From positions 512,001 through 576,000 of the forward strand of contig CAXXLX010000002.1 in assembly GCA_963665235.2 (NCBI GenBank): DNA of 64,000 bases, written 5' to 3'. Shown in pieces: positions 1 through 9,548 of the stretch; positions within the stretch are counted from its first letter, which is position 1, and each line of letters starts with the position of its first letter. The notes below the pieces were generated by a model, which was given only the letters and a program-made list of their open reading frames with translations, did no database searches and was not told the DNA's origin. This DNA comes from Candidatus Poribacteria bacterium (GTDB taxonomy: Bacteria; Poribacteria; WGA-4E; WGA-3G). Position numbers and translations under genes: made by a program.

Positions 1-238
1 TGAGGTAACGAAAGGTGGTATAGATAACGCCGCCGATGAAAAGGAGAACGATAGCGATATCAATAAAGCGGTGCGCGAGGAGTTGAAAGCAGAGTAGTGC
101 TATCACTGCTATAAGGGCGACGGTGCGAATCCATGTGAGTAAACTTTCAGATACGATGAGCCATCGCCACGTTCGTCTAACAGTGCGAAGTCGAGCAATG
201 AGTCGTTGATAAATCTGATTGACGTTTTGGTTTTGCAT
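1..238 (-). CDS. 5' part of a membrane protein (DUF4175-like, vWA/DUF4159 cluster), runs off window
   Basis: Manual translation from ATG 238 (MQNQNVNQIYQRLIARLRTVRRTWRWL... two hydrophobic segments), AGGAG SD upstream, no stop before window edge. Confidence 0.65.
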   Translation of the reverse strand, partial: MQNQNVNQIYQRLIARLRTVRRTWRWLIVSESLLTWIRTVALIAVIALLCFQLLAHRFIDIAIVLLFIGGVIYTTFRYL

Positions 239-308
239 TACAGTTCTCCTTGGAACGGTTATCGGTCGTCAGTTAGCGGCACACGGCGCGTGCCTACTCC
301 TTTAATCT

Positions 309-1016
309 TCAGTGCGTTAGGACGTAAACGGCGATGTTAACCGCCATCTTTGCTGCGAGTTCGCGAACTTGGGGTGTGTCATCTGGGTGGACCCTTGGGT
401 CTTCTAGACCGTCGCCAATATCCGCGCTATAGGCATAGTAGAGTACCATGCGTCCATCGTGAAAAATGCCGAATCCTTGTGCTGGCTCTGAGTCATGTTC
501 ATGGATTTTAGGGAGCCCTGGCAGGTCATAGAAACAGTGATAAATCGGGTGTGAGTTAGGTATAGGTTGCAATTCCTGTTCGGGAAAAACCCTGCGTATT
601 TCACGTCTGAAACTCTTATCCAATCCGTAGTCATCATTTGCGAAGAGAAACCCCCCCTGTGTCAAATACCGCCGCAATGCCTCAATCTCGCTATCTGTCA
701 AGCGAATATTTCCGTGCCCCACTAAATAGAGCATAGGATATTGATAGAGGGCATGGTCGGTAAGTTTGAGAATAACCCTATCATCTGCTGTTTCAATATC
801 GGTGCGCTCTCGGAGTATCCGTAACCAATTGCCGATAGCAGAGGGGTCTCCGTACCAATCGCCACCCCCGCTATATTGGACTTGTGCTATGGTGAAAGGT
901 TCGCCTGCATTCTGTGTGCCAATTGTTAGCCAAAACAGCAAACAACAAGTGACGATGAGATGGATTCGCGAAGGCGGGGTTTTCAATAGTTTAGATAATC
1001 TATAAAGTTTAGACAT
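309..1016 (-). CDS. DUF4159 domain-containing protein
   Basis: Y-GGGDWY-DP, YP-LY-GHG, GGFL-DD-YG-D and D-GDG-ED motifs typical of DUF4159. Confidence 0.85.
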   Translation of the reverse strand: MSKLYRLSKLLKTPPSRIHLIVTCCLLFWLTIGTQNAGEPFTIAQVQYSGGGDWYGDPSAIGNWLRILRERTDIETADDRVILKLTDHALYQYPMLYLVGHGNIRLTDSEIEALRRYLTQGGFLFANDDYGLDKSFRREIRRVFPEQELQPIPNSHPIYHCFYDLPGLPKIHEHDSEPAQGFGIFHDGRMVLYYAYSADIGDGLEDPRVHPDDTPQVRELAAKMAVNIAVYVLTH

Positions 1017-1027
1017 CGCTTTACTCC

Positions 1028-1195
1028 CAGGGTGATTTGGTTCTCCATATTTTCAAGTGCTCTCTTCTGTAGGAGCGAGCTTTGCTCGCGACCGAGTGCC
1101 ATCAGTGCTTTCCGCGTCATCTCTTTCGGTCTTCTGTAGGAGCGAGCTTTGCTCGCGACCGCCACTGCAAAAATGCTGAAAACTAAATAGCCCTG
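1028..1195. mobile_element. MITE with CAGGG ends (ISAs1-like) and 10-bp TSD, carrying two GTAG REP hairpins
   Basis: Ends CAGGGTGATTTGGTT / AACTAAATAGCCCTG; GCTTTACTCC at 1018-1027 and 1196-1205; GTAGGAGCGAGCTTTGCTCGCGA at 1069-1091 and 1136-1158. Confidence 0.85.
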
Positions 1196-1213
1196 GCTTT
1201 ACTCCTTTATGGA

Positions 1214-3502
1214 TTAGACTAACCCAATCCGTTTTCGTATAAACCATTCTGTCCCTAACAGCCCGACCACCGTAAGGAGGATGAGTGGGTTTGCCCATAA
1301 ATCACGTTCCTCATCAACGAAGATAGGTTTCTGTTCTATCTTAATTTTTTCATGGAGCGATTGTGCCTCCGCCATAGTGAGATAGGTGCCGCCTGTTCGT
1401 TCTGCGAGCTGTTTGAGTAGCGTTTCGTTGAGTTGCGGCGATTCCAGCTCTGCAAGTTGCGGATGCACGTGGATATTAATTTCATCTTCCCCTAACGGAA
1501 CATTGTCTGCGATGCCCGTAGCCCGAATTCGGTAAGTGCCCTTTTCGTCAACTGTCAGTTGTGCAGTATAGATACCCGCGTTCCTGTTCTCTGTTTCTGT
1601 CGTTTCAATGTGTGTTCTCAGTGGAAACGTCGCGCCTTTCGGGGTTGTGACGGACACCTGAATTTCGGCATCGGTTTGTGGCTGAAAGGTTTGTGAGTAC
1701 GCTCTTATAGTGAGTTGTGCTGTATCTCCCTGTGCATAGGTCGGTGCTGTGGTAGTGAGATATATCCTATTCACATCTGATTGTTGCCCCATCCATCGGA
1801 GGGTTTGTGCCCAGAAACGGGGATATACTGTTTGATATGCGGTATCTCTGAAAGCACCCACGCCGAAGTGCCAATTCCATACACCTTCAGCGGCGATGAG
1901 GAGGCTTTTCCCGAGCCCAACACGTTGAAAAAGGAGAATTGACTCTCCGCCCTCGCTTTCAATCAATGAGGTGGCCCCTGCCCGCAACTGGAATCCGCGA
2001 AAAACGCGAGAGACTGGGGGCAGGTTTTGCCAAAGCTTGGTATTACGTTCATAAGTGTCGCTGAGCTGGAGTATCGGGTGAAACGCACCGGCTTGTGTGA
2101 GGGACAGCGCGAAATCCGCCTTCTGTTCGCGACATCCGTTTGCTGGAATTTGAATAGGCAGCAGTCTTGAGAGTGTGGTATTTCTGAAGCCGTTTCTGCC
2201 AAGTGCGTTATGCGATGGCAGAAAAATAATCGCTTTTCCATGCATTTCCACGAACTCAATAATCATCTCCTGTTGTGCCACGGTCAGATGTTCTGCTGAA
2301 AGGTCACCTAAAATCAGCACATCATATTTGAAGAGTGCCTCACGGGTTTCGGGGAACCGGGGGGGCTGCCCCGGAGTTTCCTGTGGATAATAACTCCTGC
2401 TTTGGTTTAGCAGAGATTCCGGGCGCGCCTTTGCCGATAGCACAGTCGTAGTGGTTTCAAGGTCCGGGTCCCGTTCTAAAACGCGTTTGAGGAATGCATA
2501 TTCCCAGCGGGGTCTGCCTTCCAAATAAAAAACTTTGAGTTTCGCTTTCACGACCTTTAGCGAAAAGGTTTTCTGATTATTTGCGTCAGTTAGTTCACCT
2601 GTCAGCGTTGGCAGCATGACCTTATACTGAAAATTCCCCTCTGTTTCGGGAGTCATTTTTAAAGTCACCACGTGTTTCGTGCCTTGTGCTGTTTCGGGCT
2701 CTGTTGCATCAGGTGCAAAGGTAAGCATTGCCGCATCAACGAGGCGGTTGCTATCTGCTTCACGCATAGACACGCGAGCGGATTCTGTCGTATATCCCGT
2801 TTGCACAACCGTGACCCGAATGACGTTTTCATGCCCAGTATAGACAATAGGTGCAACGTCGACGTTCTGAATTTGAATGTCTTTCGGGGGGTGTGTTGAG
2901 CCGAGCCCGATAGCATGAACGGGTGTTTCCAGCGCGACGATGTCCTCTATCTGGAAATTTGAGCCGTTATGTGCCCCGTCGGTAATGAGTACAACGCCTG
3001 CGGTGGGTTGTCCTTTCCACGCGTGCGCTGTCTCCTGAAGCGCAGTTCCGATATCGGTGAGGTTGCCCATCGGCTCAAATCCTTCCGTTGGGATTGTACT
3101 TTGGTAAAGTCCCGTATCAAAGCGGTAGAGGTGAAGTTTATATTTGCTCTCCAATGTTTGCAAAAATTGGCTCGATTCATCGAACAGGAGATGATTCACT
3201 TTACTAATACGTGAGCTGTCGGTTTCACCGGCGGGTGTATCTTCTAGTGCCATACTTCGGGAGGTGTCCACTAAGATAGAGAGGTGCGTCGGCGGCGTAA
3301 CGTCCTTTTTTTCCATAATGACCGGTGCAAGTAAACATCCGAGTAAAATCGCGGCAGCGAGGATTCGGAGTGCAATAAGTGCAAAACGGTGTGTGCGCTG
3401 CAGCGGCCGTTTTAGTTGAAAATATCCGAAAATGGTGATACCCGCCACGATGCCAATTCCGAGGGCAACTGCCCAGGCTGGTAAAAAATATGTGAATCGC
3501 AT
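1214..3502 (-). CDS. Membrane-anchored vWA / GATase1-like domain protein
   Basis: N-terminal TM pair, DTSRSM MIDAS motif, VVLITDG, EGRPRWEY, C-terminal TM with EW-IRKR. Confidence 0.8.
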   Translation of the reverse strand: MRFTYFLPAWAVALGIGIVAGITIFGYFQLKRPLQRTHRFALIALRILAAAILLGCLLAPVIMEKKDVTPPTHLSILVDTSRSMALEDTPAGETDSSRISKVNHLLFDESSQFLQTLESKYKLHLYRFDTGLYQSTIPTEGFEPMGNLTDIGTALQETAHAWKGQPTAGVVLITDGAHNGSNFQIEDIVALETPVHAIGLGSTHPPKDIQIQNVDVAPIVYTGHENVIRVTVVQTGYTTESARVSMREADSNRLVDAAMLTFAPDATEPETAQGTKHVVTLKMTPETEGNFQYKVMLPTLTGELTDANNQKTFSLKVVKAKLKVFYLEGRPRWEYAFLKRVLERDPDLETTTTVLSAKARPESLLNQSRSYYPQETPGQPPRFPETREALFKYDVLILGDLSAEHLTVAQQEMIIEFVEMHGKAIIFLPSHNALGRNGFRNTTLSRLLPIQIPANGCREQKADFALSLTQAGAFHPILQLSDTYERNTKLWQNLPPVSRVFRGFQLRAGATSLIESEGGESILLFQRVGLGKSLLIAAEGVWNWHFGVGAFRDTAYQTVYPRFWAQTLRWMGQQSDVNRIYLTTTAPTYAQGDTAQLTIRAYSQTFQPQTDAEIQVSVTTPKGATFPLRTHIETTETENRNAGIYTAQLTVDEKGTYRIRATGIADNVPLGEDEINIHVHPQLAELESPQLNETLLKQLAERTGGTYLTMAEAQSLHEKIKIEQKPIFVDEERDLWANPLILLTVVGLLGTEWFIRKRIGLV

Positions 3503-3536
3503 TCTTTTTCTGTTGTTTCTTGTGATATATTCTAAA

Positions 3537-3566
3537 ATTATAGTCTATGTCAAGGGGAGTTGTCAA
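3537..3566 (-). promoter_or_regulatory. sigma70-type promoter of the vWA gene
   Basis: TTGACA-N18-TATAAT on the minus strand. Confidence 0.55.
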
Positions 3567-3617
3567 GACAATTTTAAAATTTCGCAGCGTTTGTCAAGAA
3601 ACATTTTTAAAGAGAAA

Positions 3618-3647
3618 GGCAGGCACCCAAAATTGGATACCTGCCTA
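3618..3647 (-). terminator. Putative intrinsic terminator after the Cys/His-rich gene
   Basis: AGGCAGG...CCTGCCT stem followed on the minus strand by TTCTCTTT. Confidence 0.45.
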
Positions 3648-3674
3648 TTGCGTTCAAAGTTGAATGTTCTGCTA

Positions 3675-5033
3675 CTATTGGGCCCAATGCCACGGATGCG
3701 TTCCCCAGTTGCTGTTACAGGTGCCGTTGCTACAAAGTGTGAAGGTCACACTACACCCAGGGCGACTACACGTGAAAACTGTCGTATGGTTGTGCGTTGC
3801 TCCCGAAATGCAGGTCCAATACGTATGTCCGGCACTACAGGTCTGGCGATGTTCAAACCGGTTGCTCACCTGCTGACTACAAGCTTGCCGCGCACACGAA
3901 ACGGTAGGAGCGGGATAGACGTGCGTGTGTGACTCACATGCATAGAAACTAGTGACTGTACAGGTATTTCCATTGGAATCAGTTTCGGAACAGCTTGCTT
4001 GGAGAGAGTGCTCGGTACCATCACATTCGTAGTGTGCATGATAGGATGAACAACTCTCATACACCCATTCGTGGTCTGATGCGTTGATTTGACACAGGTA
4101 TCCGACATGTGTATTATCGCCACACGGTGCGGTGCCCCATGCGTGGTTGCTTGCCTCACTATTTGCGTAGGTATGTCCACAAGCACCGGTGGTTGGACAC
4201 GCGGAACACCCGTCGGTGCAGAGATTGCAGTCGGGGGTGTTATCGGTAGTTAGGACGAGGAAGTCTAAATTGATTATATTCCGGGCATTATTAGCTTCGT
4301 TTCCTTGTTCCGGGGCACACTTATGTCCCTTCGCTTTCGGAGCGCACTTCGGCGTGACACTCACCATGGGATCCCCAATATTCTGCTGTAACGCTTTTTT
4401 GGCAGTTGCCTCAAGGGTTACTTTCGCCCACGGATTCGCGTCCAAAGGTGTGGGGGAGGTCGTAGATACATCAATTTTTTTCACAGAAATATAGAGGTCA
4501 AAGGAACGTTGCTTCTTTCCTTCACCGAAGACACTATGTTTTTTCTTGACCGCTTTTGCTTTTGCTTTCCCATCTGGACTTGTTTTGACGATTTCGCCAT
4601 ATTCATAGGATTTACTGTCCGGAGTATGGCTGGTCTTCATCACAACATTCGTATAGTCAGGTGCCTCGATGGAGCCCTGGTCGCTGGTAAGTTCCGCATA
4701 CGCATACGCATTATAGTCTATAGTTTTACCTCTCACAGCAAACGGCTGTGCAGACACACTTATCTCCGCCAGGCCTTCTAGACTATAAATCGTTCCAAAA
4801 AAATCGTTTAGCCCTTTGAGAATGTCTGCGTATTTGCGGGAACTGACATGGAATGGGTTATCGACGACAACCTTGTTTCCCTTGCCAACGTTAACAGGAT
4901 AGTCTGGGGCAGGTTCAATCCAATCATGTAACACGGTTTTGCTGAGTATTTTGACAGGCCCCCCCAGTGGATGCGTGTATGATACAATACCCGCGAAGAA
5001 AAGTGTTAAAAAAAACAAAGATAAATGTCTCAT
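3675..5033 (-). CDS. Secreted protein with Cys/His-rich repetitive C-terminal region
   Basis: N-terminal signal peptide; last ~190 aa contain repeated CGHTY/HxxxC/CxxxxC units. Confidence 0.75.
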   Translation of the reverse strand: MRHLSLFFLTLFFAGIVSYTHPLGGPVKILSKTVLHDWIEPAPDYPVNVGKGNKVVVDNPFHVSSRKYADILKGLNDFFGTIYSLEGLAEISVSAQPFAVRGKTIDYNAYAYAELTSDQGSIEAPDYTNVVMKTSHTPDSKSYEYGEIVKTSPDGKAKAKAVKKKHSVFGEGKKQRSFDLYISVKKIDVSTTSPTPLDANPWAKVTLEATAKKALQQNIGDPMVSVTPKCAPKAKGHKCAPEQGNEANNARNIINLDFLVLTTDNTPDCNLCTDGCSACPTTGACGHTYANSEASNHAWGTAPCGDNTHVGYLCQINASDHEWVYESCSSYHAHYECDGTEHSLQASCSETDSNGNTCTVTSFYACESHTHVYPAPTVSCARQACSQQVSNRFEHRQTCSAGHTYWTCISGATHNHTTVFTCSRPGCSVTFTLCSNGTCNSNWGTHPWHWAQ

Positions 5034-6055
5034 TGCTTAGAAACCTCCTGTGTGTAGGGATTGATGTTATAATCCCATCCACTGAGTTTTGATAGTTCTT
5101 CATCGGATGTCTGGTTTAAGTGGATTCTAATCAATTCAGCATCTCTGCCGGAGTGTCCTGTCCGCATGACCGTGCGGTTGCCGACCCAATTTCCATGTTT
5201 CAGTGCCACAGGAACCTCGCGCTCAATTTCATCATATATGAACTCATAGTAGTATCCTGTTTTTTCGCGAAACGTGCGACCGTCCGGCAGCGTGATTAGG
5301 TTCCAATTGGGGCTATCCTTCCCAAGGTCCACCCTCAGTACATCTATAAATCTGTCAAAATCCTCGGCCCAAAAAGTCATTGCTTCCGGGTAATCCAGAG
5401 TGTTTTGAAGTATCCAATCCATTCTATCAGCACCTATCCCAGGGCTCCCTTGAATAATGAAAGGTTTCTGAGGTCCATCACGGACACCAATCATCACGGT
5501 TATGGGTACATCATTTTCTTGATAGAATTTTTCGGATTCAATAAACTTCGGCCAGATGTCGGCAATAGGGCGTTTTGGGTTATACGTTTCTATTATCTCG
5601 AAGAGAATCGCCTCAAATGTCTCTATCTCCGCTTCAGAGACATCAGCTCGGTAAACGCCAATCCATTTTTGTGGGCATTTGAGGTGTTCAGGAACTCCAT
5701 CCGCAAAGAGTGGATTTGAGGATGTCTGTCCACTGGGATAAGGGATGTCGGTGGGCGGTTCCGCCAGCTCGCGTGGCGTATTCGCTGTCTCTATTGCACC
5801 TGGTGATGTTTTGTGCCAGTGGTCCCCGTGCCAGTATCCACTTTCCTTCGTTTCACCGGGCGGCGGGGGTTTGGCAGCATCCTGTGTGTTCCGTTCCGCA
5901 ATGTCCGCCTCCATCTTTTGGATGACTTCATCGGATGGCGGCTCAAAAACAACCTCGGGTTTCGTATCGATGTTCTGCTGTGTGAACAGAAAAACACCGA
6001 CGGTTATAAGTAGTAGAATGAGGACAGCGAGTCCGCAAAGCATTTTTCGTTTCAT
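5030..6055 (-). CDS. Membrane-anchored histidine-triad (WHGDHWH) protein, paralog A
   Basis: ATG 6055 with AAGGAG SD; N-terminal TM; KPPPPGET-E-GYWHGDHWH. Confidence 0.75.
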   Translation of the reverse strand: MKRKMLCGLAVLILLLITVGVFLFTQQNIDTKPEVVFEPPSDEVIQKMEADIAERNTQDAAKPPPPGETKESGYWHGDHWHKTSPGAIETANTPRELAEPPTDIPYPSGQTSSNPLFADGVPEHLKCPQKWIGVYRADVSEAEIETFEAILFEIIETYNPKRPIADIWPKFIESEKFYQENDVPITVMIGVRDGPQKPFIIQGSPGIGADRMDWILQNTLDYPEAMTFWAEDFDRFIDVLRVDLGKDSPNWNLITLPDGRTFREKTGYYYEFIYDEIEREVPVALKHGNWVGNRTVMRTGHSGRDAELIRIHLNQTSDEELSKLSGWDYNINPYTQEVSKQ

Positions 6056-6083
6056 GAGAACATTCTCCTTATTGAAAGGCTGC

Positions 6084-6503
6084 TCACTTTGCACCACTGT
6101 CGTCTGATAGCGGGCAATGTGATTCCGGTTGTGAGTTTGGACACGGCGATTTTTCCGGCCGCTCCTTATTACACCCCGGCTGTGTCCATCCCATACAAGC
6201 GGGAGTGTCTGAGTCTCTCTGTGTCGCAGCAATCATTTTGATTGTGCCAAACAACAGACACCCACTCATCAAAACAATCAGCGCCGTGGTGAAACCTATC
6301 TTGCGCCAGCGGTGCCTTTTCGACTGTGAGGTGTCCTGACGTTTTAGGAACAAGAATCCCCATAACGAAATAGCAAAGGCAACGACACTGAGGCGGAGCC
6401 CGTGCTGTGCAAAAAAGAGTGCACAAAACATGCTAACGATGAGGCCTCCGAATGCAGCCACGGCGGCTATATTGACGTTTGTCGTTAAAAGTTTCGTTTT
6501 CAC
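6084..6503 (-). CDS. Small three-TM membrane protein with Cys-containing tail; first gene of 3-gene operon
   Basis: GTG 6503 with GGAGG SD; three hydrophobic segments. Confidence 0.6.
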   Translation of the reverse strand: MKTKLLTTNVNIAAVAAFGGLIVSMFCALFFAQHGLRLSVVAFAISLWGFLFLKRQDTSQSKRHRWRKIGFTTALIVLMSGCLLFGTIKMIAATQRDSDTPACMGWTQPGCNKERPEKSPCPNSQPESHCPLSDDSGAK

Positions 6504-7198
6504 GATTATATATCCTCCGCTAAAATCTGTCAAGTCACATCGAAGTGTTAATCGTTCTGTTATAGCTTATCGTTGTGCATAATAAGCTTTCGCACCAAGA
6601 ATAACCACATTTCCCCCCGCTTGCGGGGGGATAAAGGGGGGTCTTAATGCATTGAAGCATGCGCCACTGCAACGAAAAAAAGCCCGTGACACGAGACACG
6701 TCGTGTGAGACGAAGTGCCTGTCCGGGCGCGAAAATGTGGCAGCGACCAATGCCTGCGATGTGACTTTGTCCACTGAATAAATTAACGAATGTGAAATAG
6801 GGGGGGCTGATAGTTAAAACACATCGGAAGTAGTACGCGCAGACTCATCCTATTGCTGTGCGGGAAACGGGTAGCAGAGGTAATGACATTCTCAAATGTG
6901 GTGTTCGTACATCGGTTTTGCATTATCAATTCCCCCGTGCGGTAAAATGTGATTCGCGGTAGTGCAACTGTCCACTTCTTTGCAATGTTATGTTACACGC
7001 GTGTCCTATTCCCAACTATCCTAAATTACGTCTGTTTTGCGTGCAAGGTTTCAAAAATTTCATCTTTTCAGGACAGACGCGGCGCGTTGATAAGTCCTTA
7101 TGTCATTGGAAACCATTAGCAATTAGCGATTGGCAATTAGCAAGAGAAAGAAAAGAGGGCTCTTATATTTCTTGCCAACGGTTTCCAACAGCCAAATA

Positions 7199-7354
7199 TA
7201 GTAGGATTTAGAATTAATTGGACATTTTAAGCATCTCGGATACGAAACCGCACTTACCGGGGATGTTGTCCAACAAACTTTTAGCTTGTGGCCGCACCCG
7301 CACAAACTGGAAAGTTTGTGCTACGAAATGTTCCAATAATTATATGCTTTACTA
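7199..7354. mobile_element. MITE flanked by TA (IS630/Tc1-like) carrying a GTAGCACAAAC REP
   Basis: Imperfect ~30-bp inverted ends TAGTAGGATTTAGAATTAATTGGACATTT / AAATGTTCCAATAATTATATGCTTTACTA; TA on both flanks; REP at 7300-7324. Confidence 0.6.
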
Positions 7355-7371
7355 TAATACTTGACTTTGGA

Positions 7372-7590
7372 CAGGGCCATTTAGTTTTACAACTTCACTT
7401 TATATATGTGTATATGTTCCCCTAGTATTCGGGAAACCAACAGCACGCGCCTTAATATCGCGTGCACAGCACGCTCCTACAGAAGAGAACGCTTGAACCT
7501 ACGGGGTTTCAATATCACGTGCACAGCACGCTCCTACAGAAGAGGTTTGTTGAACACCCGGCGAAAAATATGGAGAACTAAATAACCCTG
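7372..7590. mobile_element. Second CAGGG-ended (ISAs1-like) MITE with 10-bp TSD, carrying REPs
   Basis: CAGGGCCATTTAGTT / AACTAAATAACCCTG; TGACTTTGGA at 7362-7371 and 7591-7600; TC(G/A)CGTGCACAGCACGCTCCTAC twice. Confidence 0.85.
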
Positions 7591-7603
7591 TGACTTTGGA
7601 AAG

Positions 7604-8134
7604 GGGGGCGTAAAGTTTTCGTACACCCGTTCAGTATTCGGGCAAACGGTTTCCCGCTCCTATAGTAGGGCTATTCAGCACCCGTCGGGTTGCATAGGGT
7701 TATGATGTGCAATGGGGTTTGCTACTACAAACCGTTTTGTGACGGGCAATAAATGGTTTCCCTACTACGAGCACCGCTCTGATGAGCAAGGAGTCACACT
7801 GTAGGCGCAGACCGTTTTAAACATCAATAGATTAACTTGATATAGAAACTTTACATACCCGACATTATGTAGGAGCGTGCTTCGCACGCGATACCTTTTT
7901 AGATAGGCAGACACTCTTAAACTCCGCGTCTTCCGCGTTCTCCGCGACAATCCGCGATTTGCGGCGGACTCGTCCAAATGCGACGTGCATTCAGACAAAA
8001 AAACGCTAAAACTATAATCACAAAACTTGGATTGTTACCCATCGGACAATCCGCGAAATCCGTGTAATACGCGAAATCCACCCTTCCCCTCTTCCATCCT
8101 TCCATTTATCATAGTACAAAAACTTTACACACTC
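7604..8134. repeat. Mosaic of IS256-like MITE ends, REP hairpins and short tandem repeats
   Basis: GGGGGCGTAAAGTTTTCGTAC at 7604; right ends near 7860 and 8134 matching 27010-27031; GTAG REPs at 7665, 7744-7768, 7869-7891; no TSD found. Confidence 0.55.
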
Positions 8135-8135
8135 C

Positions 8136-8164
8136 TTGACTTTTCATGCAACCTATTATAAAAT
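8136..8164 (+). promoter_or_regulatory. sigma70-type promoter
   Basis: TTGACT-N17-TAAAAT, immediately after the MITE end. Confidence 0.6.
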
Positions 8165-8187
8165 CTTGCTAGCCAAAGGAGGGCATC

Positions 8188-8466
8188 ATGACACAAAAAT
8201 TCATTCTTATATTTGCGTTAATAGTTCTCATCACATTCGTAGGGTGTGTCCCTGGGGATGGAAAACACACCAGCAACAAACCCGCTGGATTTCTCTGGGG
8301 AATTTGGCACGGGTGGATAGCACCAATTTCGCTCGTTTGGCACCTATTTAATCCAGATATCCGCATCTACGAACCCTATAACACAGGCGGATGGTACGAT
8401 TTCGGGTTCTATACTGCCGTGATTAGTGGGTTTGGCGGCCTCTCCCTTTTCCGGAGGGAAACGTGA
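8188..8466 (+). CDS. Small conserved membrane/lipoprotein
   Basis: GGAGG SD; lipobox-like VGC; AGFLWGIWHG...IYE..NTGGWYDFGF. Confidence 0.8.
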   Translation: MTQKFILIFALIVLITFVGCVPGDGKHTSNKPAGFLWGIWHGWIAPISLVWHLFNPDIRIYEPYNTGGWYDFGFYTAVISGFGGLSLFRRET

Positions 8467-8540
8467 AACAGAACTTCGTTGGTAGTAAGAGAACCATTCA
8501 TTGCTCGTTCAACACTTAAACCAGAGGAGAAATTCCAAAA

Positions 8541-9533
8541 ATGAAAGTCTTAGTCATCGGCGGAACAGGCAACATCAGCCGCGGGATTGTTGCCGCATTA
8601 CAAAATCGGAACTATGAAGTCGTCCTATTTAACCGGGGACAACACATCGACCCGCCCCCACCAGATGTCCGCGTAATCCACGGCAATCGGCAGCACCGCG
8701 ACGATTTTGAAGCGAAAGTCGGCACGGAACGCTGGGATGCTGTCATAGATATGATTAGCTTCAACGCAGACGATGCCGCATCCGTACTCCGCGCATGCAG
8801 GGACCGTGTCGGACACCTCGTCCACTGTTCAACGGTCATGACTTATGGCCCGCCGTTCAGCGGCATCAATCTTCCAGAGACAGCCCCGTTGCAAGGCACA
8901 TCAGGCTACGGGCTCGGTAAAATTGCAGCGGATAACCTGCTCCTATCAGCACATGACCGTGACGGATTTCCTGTAACTATTTTCAAACCCTCCTATACAC
9001 ACGGCCCCGGTATGAATCTACACCGACAGGTAGGTGGAGATGGAAGTTGGCTCGATAGGCTACGAAAAGGGAAACCGATTCTCTCCGCAGGCGATGGACT
9101 GAACTATTTTCAATTTCTATCCTCACGGGACGCGGGCGTTGCCTTTACAGATGTGCTCGGTAAATCACAGTGCTTCGGTGAAATATATAACCTCGTCCAC
9201 CCGCAGGCGCGCACCTGGGACGAATGGCACCGCGCAGCAGCCGATGCCCTTGGCGTTGAAATAGAGCTCGTGCATGTATCGCAAGAAACGCTTATCGCAA
9301 TGGCGCCAGAGCGATTCAGCGGTTTACGGGGGAACTTCGGACACACACAAATCTTCAGTCATGCCAAACTCGCAGCCGCACTGCCCACGTTCGAACCGAA
9401 AATTCCGGTAACCGAGAGCGTGGCAGAAAACATTGCTTGGATGGATAAACACAATCGGATACCGGACAGTGATGCAAACGATTTAGAGGACCGGATTATT
9501 GAGACGATTCGCAACCTACCCCGTATCCAATAG
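8541..9533 (+). CDS. NAD-dependent epimerase/dehydratase (extended SDR)
   Basis: GGTGNIS Rossmann motif; YGLGK (YxxxK). Confidence 0.85.
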   Translation: MKVLVIGGTGNISRGIVAALQNRNYEVVLFNRGQHIDPPPPDVRVIHGNRQHRDDFEAKVGTERWDAVIDMISFNADDAASVLRACRDRVGHLVHCSTVMTYGPPFSGINLPETAPLQGTSGYGLGKIAADNLLLSAHDRDGFPVTIFKPSYTHGPGMNLHRQVGGDGSWLDRLRKGKPILSAGDGLNYFQFLSSRDAGVAFTDVLGKSQCFGEIYNLVHPQARTWDEWHRAAADALGVEIELVHVSQETLIAMAPERFSGLRGNFGHTQIFSHAKLAAALPTFEPKIPVTESVAENIAWMDKHNRIPDSDANDLEDRIIETIRNLPRIQ

Positions 9534-9548
9534 AGCAGAGGTGACACT

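Noticed and set aside
1053-1298. Short ORFs over repeats (also 983-1165, 6535-6774, 7765-7998, 26118-26363, 33421-33627, 47381-47702)
   Set aside because: They translate REP/MITE sequence or overlap real genes and have no coding signature
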